The notes under the pieces were generated by a model. It was given only the letters and a program-made list of their open reading frames with translations. It was not told where the DNA came from and searched no databases. Below are positions 17,561-25,756 of a stretch of 35,825 nt of DNA, one piece after another (the first letter of the stretch is position 1; every line of letters starts with the position of its first letter). The position numbers were made by a program, and so were the translations under genes. The stretch is from IMG/VR virus record IMGVR_UViG_3300026848_000012, positions 1-35,825 of that record. The stretch is one strand, 5' to 3'. Origin of the DNA: a virus (taxonomy: Duplodnaviria > Caudoviricetes).

Positions 17561-20500
17561 ATGGCACGACATCTACGACTGCAAGTGATGCTCAACGCCG
17601 TGGACCGTGTCACCGGCCCACTCAAACGCATGCGCCAAGGGGCCGGGCAAACCGGCCAAGCGATGCGCGAAACCCGCGACCAGCTCAAAGAGCTGCAGCG
17701 CACCCAAAGCGACCTCACCAGCTACCGCAAAGCCAACGCCGCCCAACGGCAGAACACCCGCGCGATGCGCGACGCCCGCACACGCAACCACCAGTACACC
17801 CAGGCGTTGGAGCAACAGCGCGAAGCCCACGCCAACGTGAAATCAGGGCTCACGGTGGCCCGCCGGGAATACGACCGCCTCGCCAAAGAGCTACTACGCA
17901 CCAAACAGCCCAGCGACCAGCTCACCACCTCATTAGAGCGCGCCCGCGTGCGCCTGCACGGCCAGCAAACCGAGTTCGATCGCTCCGCCCGTGCCCTACG
18001 GGAATATCGCAACCGAACCCGCCACGCAGGCGAAGAGGTTAAGCGGCTAACGCAAAACCACGCCACGCAAACCGAGCGCATCCGTGGGCTAAAAACCCGC
18101 CTGGATGAAGCGGGCATCAGCACCGACAACCTCGGCCGAAGCGCCCGCGAACTGCGCACAAACGAGGAACGGCTTAACACCACGCTGCAGGAACAGAAAC
18201 GCCACTTATCGGAAGTCGCCCAACGTCAACGCCGATTAACAGAAGCCCGCGACCGCTACCAAAACGGCATGGCCAACGTTGCCCGCGCTCAAGGCGTGGG
18301 TATGGGCATGTTCGGTACCGGCATCGCCCAAGGCTACGCCGCCAGCCGTTTGCTAACGCCCGGCGTGGCTTGGGGCGAACAGATGAGCGCGCTTCAGGCG
18401 GTGGGCGGTTATCAGTCCGATGACGAAAACTATCTCGCCCTTCGCCAGCAGTCGCGAGACCTGGGTGCATCGACTGCTTTCAGTGCGAACGAAGTAGGCG
18501 CTGGGCAGGAGTTCTTGATGCGTGCAGGCATGAGTAGCAACGCTATCAAAGCATCTATGGATGACGTGCTTGCTCTCGCCTTGGCCAACAACACCGAGCT
18601 GGCCCGTGCTGCCGATATTGCCTCTAACATCGGCAGTAGCTTTAAAGTCGATCTGGAGGGTGAAGGCGAGTTCGCTAGGGTCGCCGACATCCTCTCCGGC
18701 ACCGCGCGGCGCACCAACGTGAACCTGGAAATGCTCGGTGAGACATTCAAGTACCTGGGCAACTTGGAAGGATTGGATATCAGCCTAGAACAGGCTGCCG
18801 CCATGACGGGGTTAATGGGGAATATCGGCATTCAAGGTAGCCAAGCCGGTACCGCTGTACGTGCGCTGGCTAACCGACTCACTAAGCCTACAACTGCCGC
18901 TGCCGCCTTGATGGAGCAATACAGCATAGAGGTGGCAAATGCCGAAGGCGGAATGCGCAACATCGAAGATATATTGCAAGATGCTTATCAATCCACCAAA
19001 GCGCTTGGCAATGTGGAGCGGGCGGGAGCCTTTCAGGAGATATTCGGTGTAGAAGCGGGCGCAGCTATATCAGAGGTAATCAATCAGCAAGGTGGCGGCA
19101 GCCTAACCGAACTACTCGAAGAGCTGAGAAGCAACGCCGGTGAAAACGCCCAAATGGCCCGCGTCATGGCTGACAACTTAGGCGGCGACCTCAAAAGCCT
19201 ACGTAGCGCCTGGGAAGAAGTCGGCATTAGCATCACCGACACCAACGATGGCCCCCTGCGCGACCTGGTGCAAAACATCACCACCATCACCCGCGGCGTA
19301 GGCGAATGGATCAAAGCCAACCCCGAACTCGCGGGCACCATCGCCAAAGTCGCGGCGGGCATGATCGCGCTGGCCACCGTCGGCGGTGCCGTCACCATGA
19401 CGTTCGCCAGCATCCTCTCCCCGCTACTGTTCGCCAAGTTCGCCATGACCACGCTGGGTATCAAGGTCGGTGGCTTGGGTACCGCATTAGGCTGGATCGC
19501 CAAAACCGCCATCCCCTGGGTGGCCGGTGCGCTGAAAGGCCTGCTGGTGGCCATGGGGCCAATCGGCTGGGGAGTTATGGCCATCGCCGCCACGGCACTG
19601 GTCATTTACAAGTATTGGGAACCCATCAAGGGGTTTTTCGTGGGCTTATGGCAGCAAGTCAAAGCTGCGTTTGCTGAAGGTGTGGGCGGCGTAGCGCGCC
19701 TGCTGCTCAACTGGTCGCCTTATGGCCTGCTGTATAACGCCTTCACCAGCACCATTGAACGGCTCGGCATCACCATCCCCGACGGCTTCCGCGACTTCGG
19801 AAGCATGATCGTAGACGGCATCATCAACGGCATTACCGCCAAGCTCGGCGAGCTACGCGACTCCATTACTGGCATGGCCAGCAACGCCATGGGCTGGTTC
19901 CGCGATGTGCTGGATATCAACTCCCCCAGCCGCGTGTTTACCGAATACGGCGGTTTCATCACCGAAGGCCTAGCCAACGGTATCGAAGACGACGCCGACA
20001 GCCCCGTGAAGCAAGTACGCAGCCTCGCCAATCGCATGCGCGACGCTGCAACGGGATTGATGCTAAGTGCAGGGATTTCATCACCAGCGGTGGCAATAGA
20101 AGCACAGCCGCCAGTGTTGCCCTCGATGCCGGAGCTAACAACTAGCATCCAGCGCCCCGAGCTGCCTGCTCTGGAAGCGCTAGAAATACGCGTGCCAGAC
20201 ATGCCGCGCCTAATGAGTGAGGTGGCCACACCAGAGACGCCCACGCTAGACGCACTGCAGGTAGAGCGGCCAACGCTGCCCACGTTAGGTGCGCTTGAGA
20301 TCCACGTGCCCGACATGCCGCACCTAATGAGCGAGGTGGCCATACCAGAAGCCCCCACGCTAGACGCACTGCAGGTAGAGCGGCCAACACTGCCCAAGCT
20401 CGGCGCGCTTGAGATCCACGTGCCTGATATGCCGCGCCTAATGAGCGAGGTGGCCACACCGGAAACACCCACGCTGGACGCGCTGCAGGTAGAGCGGCCA

Positions 20501-21373
20501 ACGCTGCCCCAGCTCGGCGCGTTAGAGATCCATGCGCCCGATATGCCGCGCCTAATGAGCGAGGTGGCCACACCGGAAACACCCACGCTGGACGCGCTGC
20601 AGGTAGAACGGCCAACGCTGCCCACGTTAGGCGCGTTAGAGATACACGCGCCCGACATGCCGCGCCTAATGAGCGAGGTGGCCACACCAGAGACGCCCAC
20701 GCTAGACGCGCTGCAAATAGAGCGGCCAACGCTGCCCACGTTAGGCGCGCTTGAGATCCACGTGCCCGACATGCCGCGCCTAATGAGCGAGGTGGCCACA
20801 CCGGAAACGCCCACGCTAGAAGCGCTGCAGGTAGAGAGGCCAACGCTGCCCACGTTAGGTGCGCTTGAGATCCACGTGCCCGACATGCCGCACCTAATGA
20901 GCGAGGTGGCCACACCAGAAGCCCCCACGCTAGACGCGCTGCAGGTAGAGCAGCCAACGCTGCCCAAGCTCGGCGCGTTAGAGATCCACGCGCCCGACAT
21001 GCCGCGCCTAATGAGAGAGGTAGCCACACCAGAGACGCCCACGCTGGATGCGCTGCAGGTAGAGCGGCCAACACTGCCCACTCTGGAAGCGCTAGCGTTC
21101 CAGTGGCCAGAACTCCCGCAATTCGACCCGCTGCGCATCGACACCAGCGGCATACAGATTGACGCCCGCCCACCGCTGCAAAGCCACGCCAGCGCAGCCC
21201 CCAGCGGCGGGCTAGTGATTCACGGCGGCATCAACATCGAGGTGCACGCCGCCCCCGGCATGGATGAGCAAGCCCTGGCACGCCTGGTGAATGAGCAAGT
21301 ACAGCGCGCCCTCCAAGACGCCGAACGCCGCGCCGCCGCTGCCAGCCGCCGTAACTTCCACGATAACGATTGA
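17561..21373 (+). CDS. T: Tape measure protein gpT (TP901-type core) with Pro-rich repeat insertion
   Basis: AVDRVTGP start, GIQGSQAGTA, MADNLGGDLKSL.SAWE, hydrophobic segments, INSPSRVF; 1270 aa. Confidence 0.93.
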   Translation: MARHLRLQVMLNAVDRVTGPLKRMRQGAGQTGQAMRETRDQLKELQRTQSDLTSYRKANAAQRQNTRAMRDARTRNHQYTQALEQQREAHANVKSGLTVARREYDRLAKELLRTKQPSDQLTTSLERARVRLHGQQTEFDRSARALREYRNRTRHAGEEVKRLTQNHATQTERIRGLKTRLDEAGISTDNLGRSARELRTNEERLNTTLQEQKRHLSEVAQRQRRLTEARDRYQNGMANVARAQGVGMGMFGTGIAQGYAASRLLTPGVAWGEQMSALQAVGGYQSDDENYLALRQQSRDLGASTAFSANEVGAGQEFLMRAGMSSNAIKASMDDVLALALANNTELARAADIASNIGSSFKVDLEGEGEFARVADILSGTARRTNVNLEMLGETFKYLGNLEGLDISLEQAAAMTGLMGNIGIQGSQAGTAVRALANRLTKPTTAAAALMEQYSIEVANAEGGMRNIEDILQDAYQSTKALGNVERAGAFQEIFGVEAGAAISEVINQQGGGSLTELLEELRSNAGENAQMARVMADNLGGDLKSLRSAWEEVGISITDTNDGPLRDLVQNITTITRGVGEWIKANPELAGTIAKVAAGMIALATVGGAVTMTFASILSPLLFAKFAMTTLGIKVGGLGTALGWIAKTAIPWVAGALKGLLVAMGPIGWGVMAIAATALVIYKYWEPIKGFFVGLWQQVKAAFAEGVGGVARLLLNWSPYGLLYNAFTSTIERLGITIPDGFRDFGSMIVDGIINGITAKLGELRDSITGMASNAMGWFRDVLDINSPSRVFTEYGGFITEGLANGIEDDADSPVKQVRSLANRMRDAATGLMLSAGISSPAVAIEAQPPVLPSMPELTTSIQRPELPALEALEIRVPDMPRLMSEVATPETPTLDALQVERPTLPTLGALEIHVPDMPHLMSEVAIPEAPTLDALQVERPTLPKLGALEIHVPDMPRLMSEVATPETPTLDALQVERPTLPQLGALEIHAPDMPRLMSEVATPETPTLDALQVERPTLPTLGALEIHAPDMPRLMSEVATPETPTLDALQIERPTLPTLGALEIHVPDMPRLMSEVATPETPTLEALQVERPTLPTLGALEIHVPDMPHLMSEVATPEAPTLDALQVEQPTLPKLGALEIHAPDMPRLMREVATPETPTLDALQVERPTLPTLEALAFQWPELPQFDPLRIDTSGIQIDARPPLQSHASAAPSGGLVIHGGINIEVHAAPGMDEQALARLVNEQVQRALQDAERRAAAASRRNFHDND
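20177..21088 (+). repeat. Eight tandem copies of a 114-bp (38-aa) coding repeat
   Basis: Unit ALEIHVPDMPRLMSEVATPETPTLDALQVERPTLPTLG; ATGCCG recurs at 20201, 20315, 20429, 20543, 20657, 20771, 20885, 20999. Confidence 0.95.
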
Positions 21374-21383
21374 GGGTAATCAC

Positions 21384-21827
21384 ATGATGATGACCTACGG
21401 CCTGTTTGTGTTCGGCCTCAGCACCGCCGCCTACCAAGAGCTACAGCGGCAAACCAACTGGCGGCATGCCAGCACCTCACGCATCAACGCCCGCCCGGTG
21501 CATCAGTTCCTCGGCCCCGGTGACGACACCATCAACCTCACCGGCACCCTGCTGCCCATGTTCACCGGCGGCCAGCAGAACCTAGACATGCTCCGTGCAC
21601 TAGCCGATGAAGGCCGCGCGTGGCCGCTGATCGAAGGCACTGGCACTTATTACGGCATGTACACCATCGAAAGCCTCACCGAGCGCAAAAAAGAGTTTTT
21701 CCGCGATGGTGCCGCAAAAGAAATCGAGTTCGATATCAAGCTGACTCGCATCGATGAAGGCCGAACCGAACTGCTCGGCATACTGGAAAGCAGCGCTCTA
21801 CGCGCCATTACCGGGGCACTGGCATGA
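21384..21827 (+). CDS. U: Tail protein gpU
   Basis: MMMTYGLFVF, QFLGPGDDTI.LTG.L.P, WPLIEGTG, FFRDG. Confidence 0.93.
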   Translation: MMMTYGLFVFGLSTAAYQELQRQTNWRHASTSRINARPVHQFLGPGDDTINLTGTLLPMFTGGQQNLDMLRALADEGRAWPLIEGTGTYYGMYTIESLTERKKEFFRDGAAKEIEFDIKLTRIDEGRTELLGILESSALRAITGALA

Positions 21828-22804
21828 GCATGCAACCCGACTACCGCATTAGCCTGCAAGGCCAAGTCATCAGCCCCGAGTTCCGCGCGCGCCTGGCGTC
21901 GCTCACGCTTCATGATCGGCGCGGCATGCAAGCCGACCAGCTCGATATCACGCTCACCGACGATGACGGCATGCTGGATATACCGCCCACCGGCGCAGAG
22001 CTAATCCTGGCCATCGGCTGGAAAGGCCAAGCGCTCACCGAGCGAGGCACGTTTATCGTCGATGAAGTCGAGCACACCGGCGCGCCGGATACCCTCAACA
22101 TCCGCGCATCCAGTGCCAACATGCGCCAAGGGCTACCGGGAAAGCGGACACAAAGCTGGGATAGCGTGACGGTGCGCGACATCATCGAAACAATCGCCGC
22201 CCGCCATGAGCTGGTGGCCAGCGTGGGCGCAACACTAGCAGGCGTACGCATCACCCACATCGACCAAACCAACGAATCAGACCTCCACTTCCTCACGCGC
22301 CTGGCAGAACGCTTCGACGCGGTGGCCACCGTCAAAACAGGCCACCTGATTTTTGTACCCGCTGGCCAGGCGACAACAGCCACCGGGCTAGAGATCCCGC
22401 CCATTCAGCTACGGCGCCAAAACGGCGACCAGCACCGCTACCTCAAGGCCGAGCGCGACGCCTACACCGGCGTAACCGCGCTATGGAATAACACCGCCCA
22501 CGCCACCCGCGAAGCCGTCACCGTCGGCGATGCCTCCAACGCCCAACAACTACGCCACACCTACGCCACCGAGGAAGAAGCACTCGAGGCCGCCCAAGCC
22601 GAATGGCAGCGCATCCAACGCGGAACCGCCTACTTCAGCATCACCCAGGCCATCGGCGACCCCGAGCTATTCCCCGAGACACCTGCCTGGTGCATCGGCT
22701 GGAAACCACAGATCGACGCCACGCCATGGATCATCACCGAAGTGACGCACAGCCTCACAGAGAGCAGCTATACCACGGCGCTGCAACTGGAAAGAAGAAG
22801 CTAA
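21824..22804 (+). CDS. D: Tail/baseplate hub protein gpD
   Basis: DRRGMQADQL, VDEVEHTGAPD, HIDQTNESD..FLTRLA, PELFPE. Confidence 0.95.
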   Translation: MSMQPDYRISLQGQVISPEFRARLASLTLHDRRGMQADQLDITLTDDDGMLDIPPTGAELILAIGWKGQALTERGTFIVDEVEHTGAPDTLNIRASSANMRQGLPGKRTQSWDSVTVRDIIETIAARHELVASVGATLAGVRITHIDQTNESDLHFLTRLAERFDAVATVKTGHLIFVPAGQATTATGLEIPPIQLRRQNGDQHRYLKAERDAYTGVTALWNNTAHATREAVTVGDASNAQQLRHTYATEEEALEAAQAEWQRIQRGTAYFSITQAIGDPELFPETPAWCIGWKPQIDATPWIITEVTHSLTESSYTTALQLERRS

Positions 22805-22821
22805 TCATTAGGAAAATTAGA

Positions 22822-22980
22822 AAGTTACGCTACGGTATACACTGAAGGATGGGTAGCTAACACGTCCGCCTAAGCTACGCGCATCGGGAACTAAACGATG
22901 AAAAGGTGGTACAATGTATAGCTTATCTACGTATTGAGCAGCTAACCAAGCGATAAGGTACGCAAAACACTAAGTTACGC
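22822..22980 (+). repeat. Four copies of AAG(T/C/G)TACGC in the D-protease intergenic region
   Basis: Copies start at 22822, 22872, 22955, 22972. Confidence 0.6.
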
Positions 22981-23163
22981 AGTGAAGCTAGTAACAGCTC
23001 GGTACGTTTACGACTAAACGACCTTGTCTATACAGCCGTACACTGCAATGATGTAAGTACCAAAGGATAACACCTAGCGTCAGACGCCAGGTACATGACC
23101 GCCAAGCTGACGCTGTGGCGGTTTTTGTTCGCTACCAAGCGAGCAACTGCTAGGAGAGTCATC

Positions 23164-23670
23164 ATGGCAAGCGCAAATGTAACCAAGAAAGTACGTCAAG
23201 TACTGGACCTCACCTGGGACGACGAACTCCCAGTGGAGCCGGTTGCCATCGCTCGCTACCTGCTGATCACGAAGGGTGATGAGAAGCGCAACATCTCCAT
23301 GGTTGGGCGCGACGACATCACTTTCAGTGGTCAGGCGCGGTACGACCAAGAGAAGCAACGGTATTACTGCGAATACAACGTCAATGAGCCCAGCTATCGC
23401 CAACGTTTTACCCAAGCCCACGAGCTGGGGCACGTTGTGTTGGGGCACGTCCGTAACGGGGTTAGCCCAAAACGCGATACGAGCTTTGCGGTGCGCTCGG
23501 ATGACCAGGATGAAATTGACGCGAACCAGTTTGCGGCGGAGCTTCTGATGCCAGAGGAGTACGTGCGCACAGCCGTTAAGCGCGAATTTAACGTCAACAA
23601 GCTGGCCAGCCTGTTCGACGTATCTACGGCGGCGATGCACTACAGGCTCAAGAACCTAGGTCTGCTATAA
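23164..23670 (+). CDS. ImmA/IrrE-family Zn metallopeptidase, no HTH
   Basis: RQRFTQAHELGH (HExxH) and EIDANQFAAELLMP; AGGAG RBS before ATG 23164. Confidence 0.9.
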   Translation: MASANVTKKVRQVLDLTWDDELPVEPVAIARYLLITKGDEKRNISMVGRDDITFSGQARYDQEKQRYYCEYNVNEPSYRQRFTQAHELGHVVLGHVRNGVSPKRDTSFAVRSDDQDEIDANQFAAELLMPEEYVRTAVKREFNVNKLASLFDVSTAAMHYRLKNLGLL

Positions 23671-23677
23671 GTTTTCT

Positions 23678-24301
23678 ATGTCTTTCCTTGAACGTTATCA
23701 TCGATATCTAGGCAAACACACACCTAAAACCAGTGACTCGGATGAAGGAGATACCGAGTCACTAGGCCTAGGTAAACGTTCCAATCCTGATGAACATAAC
23801 GAAGAAGACTGGACGGGGACAAAAACCCCTGAACAGACAGAGGAAGATAGCGAGAAGCTTCGCAAGCGGCATAATGAAGACCTGGATCGCGATAGGGTTG
23901 CTCGTCATACTCAAGGTACCCAGCAAGTAGAGCAAATCATCACGCGCACCAAAGCAGCATCTAGGAATTTCCTTAGACTATCCGTTGCTGGGGCTTCCAC
24001 AATTTTCGTGATCGGCATTTTCTCATTGCCACAAACGCGTGAATTGTTGAATTACTGCCCATGGATAGAGCTAGATGCTGACATAGCCACCTCGGGGCAC
24101 TGGACGATATATCTACTTCTGTTTCTGCCTACTACATTGATGGCCGTCTTAGGCATCACCCTTTGGATCACTGGCCTGAAGTTCTCCTCACAAATTTATG
24201 GCGGTATTCAAGGGTCAGAAGAAAAAGGGTCCAACGAAACCTTGTCAGAGTGCCTCAAAACTTGCCAAGAGATATTAAAGCAAAGTAGCGGATCGCCGTG
24301 A
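23678..24301 (+). CDS. Unknown membrane protein: charged N-terminus, two TM segments
   Basis: 7 nt after the protease stop; hydrophobic LSVAGASTIFVIGIFSL and WTIYLLLFLPTTLMAVLGITLWITGL. Confidence 0.8.
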   Translation: MSFLERYHRYLGKHTPKTSDSDEGDTESLGLGKRSNPDEHNEEDWTGTKTPEQTEEDSEKLRKRHNEDLDRDRVARHTQGTQQVEQIITRTKAASRNFLRLSVAGASTIFVIGIFSLPQTRELLNYCPWIELDADIATSGHWTIYLLLFLPTTLMAVLGITLWITGLKFSSQIYGGIQGSEEKGSNETLSECLKTCQEILKQSSGSP

Positions 24302-24361
24302 TCTAACCCTCCGACCAATGAGCCGAGGGTGGTGGTTTAGCACCCTATCGATGACCGCCCT

Positions 24362-25102
24362 TCACTCTGGCGGCGCCTCAAAAAGCCCCATCACCATCGC
24401 CCGCAGCTCCTCCGCTTCCCAAAATCCGGTCAGAATAGAAACGATCAAAGCCGCCGCTGCCAGCCATAGCGCTTTGCGGTTACTCCACTCCTGCTCCGCC
24501 TGCGAGCGTTTCCCCTCTTCCACCTGCGCCGTCAGGATACGTAGCTGCTCATCGCTGTTGTCAGTTTGTTTTCTAAGGCGCTCATCCCGTGCGGCCTGCT
24601 CCGCCTTCGCTTTATCCGCTTGCTTGGAAATCATCTCTAAAGCGAAATCTGGGTGGGTGGGAAGTCGACTTTTTACAGGTAGCTCAAGATTCAGAAGCTG
24701 GGGTGAGAGTGATCCACCTGAGCTTCCTTGAATATCAGCCACCGCAGGCTTAAGTGGTGCATGGCGCAGTTCATTACCTAGAGGCAAGCCTCGATCCTCA
24801 GCCATGAGCATACGCCATTTGCTTGTAGGAGCTAAAAGCCCGGCGTTTGCTGGCCCAAATAATAGCGCCTTTTCATACTCGATAGCGGCTTCACACAAAA
24901 TCATATCCAGGTAGTGCAGCTCTTCATAAGCCCGAGTAAACACACCGGCCGGAAAGTCCATGGCCAAGTAGGGAGTAGAAACAGGCGTCAAGTGAACGGC
25001 CTCGTCAGCGCTCACCAATGAGGCCACCCGTTCAGCAGGCGGAAACGAAGGTAATCGCTCCAACTTTCCATTTTTTATCACCAGTGGTTTCGAAGTCCCC
25101 AT
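24362..25102 (-). CDS. Hypothetical protein with coiled coil and C-terminal TM helix
   Basis: 246-aa ORF, GGGGGAG RBS, ALWLAAAALIVSILTGFW. Confidence 0.7.
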   Translation of the reverse strand: MGTSKPLVIKNGKLERLPSFPPAERVASLVSADEAVHLTPVSTPYLAMDFPAGVFTRAYEELHYLDMILCEAAIEYEKALLFGPANAGLLAPTSKWRMLMAEDRGLPLGNELRHAPLKPAVADIQGSSGGSLSPQLLNLELPVKSRLPTHPDFALEMISKQADKAKAEQAARDERLRKQTDNSDEQLRILTAQVEEGKRSQAEQEWSNRKALWLAAAALIVSILTGFWEAEELRAMVMGLFEAPPE

Positions 25103-25336
25103 GCTCCCCCCTACCTAAATTGTGATCCCAAGCAAAAGCCCCCAACCAATCCATGGCCGGGGGCGTGGGTGCCGCATCCTTCTGGCGAAGCGGTTACGCC
25201 ACGCATGCTTTTAGGCGACACCCTCACTATGACAAATCCGCTCAGACAATGATGTAAGTGATTTTCCATACCGGTGTAAGAGATCTCTGATATTTTTTGC
25301 TCATAGGCACAGCTACCAACTACTTACTTTCTTCTC

Positions 25337-25367
25337 TTGCATCGAAGGTTGCTTTGCTGGTAATAAT
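25337..25367 (+). promoter_or_regulatory. Putative sigma70 promoter of the RT operon
   Basis: TTGCAT (25337-25342) and TGG-TAATAAT (25358-25367), ending 6 nt before the first inverted-repeat arm. Confidence 0.6.
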
Positions 25368-25373
25368 GAAAGG

Positions 25374-25523
25374 GTCTTGGCGATAGGCTGTTCCCTACGA
25401 GCATCCTATCCTCCTCGTGTCACGATGTGACTTGCTGGGCTTCCCTGTGACACTGCTACGGTGTCTCATGATGATCGCCAGTTGGTTATTGGGCCATGCG
25501 CTATGCGCTCGAAAAGCCAAGAC
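25374..25523 (+). ncRNA. Putative retron-like msr/msd structured RNA
   Basis: GTCTTGGC (25374-25381) and GCCAAGAC (25516-25523) are complementary; G at 25382 follows the 5' arm; internal hairpins 25382-25410, 25419-25431, 25446-25469, 25498-25508. Confidence 0.65.
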
Positions 25524-25543
25524 ATGCTGAGGAGTCCGAGAAA

Positions 25544-25756
25544 ATGAAGAAAAAACTTTCTCGGCTAGCTCAGGAGCTTTGGTTCGCTGTCACAGCCATT
25601 CAAAATGCAGAGTGGTTTGCTGATAAGACTGAACTGATTTTACAGCTTCTGGGCGTGGCCTTTAACTACGTTCCTACTTATGACGCTACCATGGAAAGAT
25701 CGCTTCGAAGTCAAACCTGGCCGATGGGTCTACATCCCCACCCAAGAGACGCTTGA
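25544..25756 (+). CDS. Small 70-aa protein between the RNA and RT, candidate effector
   Basis: GAGGAG RBS at 25529-25534, ATG 25544; MKKKLSRLAQELWFAVTAIQNAEWFADKTELILQLLGVAFNY; overlaps RT by 77 nt. Confidence 0.6.
   Translation: MKKKLSRLAQELWFAVTAIQNAEWFADKTELILQLLGVAFNYVPTYDATMERSLRSQTWPMGLHPHPRDA

Noticed and set aside
18390-19140. AT-richer patch in the tape measure core as an inserted element
   Set aside because: Reading frame and TMP motifs are continuous; at most homologous mosaicism, which cannot be quantified by eye
20177-21088. Repeat array as CRISPR or as DGR template/variable repeats
   Set aside because: Contiguous in-frame coding repeats without unique spacers; no cas genes; differences are largely synonymous
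19720-21173. Long antisense ORFs (477 and 343 aa)
   Set aside because: Shadow frames of the GC-rich tape measure repeat
22805-23163. LexA box or HTH gene upstream of the protease
   Set aside because: No convincing CTGT-N8-ACAG and no HTH-like ORF found by eye
25134-25165. GC-rich hairpin as terminator
   Set aside because: Imperfect stem lying upstream of a start codon; function not supportable
25496-25543. Longer 86-aa start for the small ORF
   Set aside because: ATG 25496 has no RBS and lies inside the predicted RNA; ATG 25544 has GAGGAG
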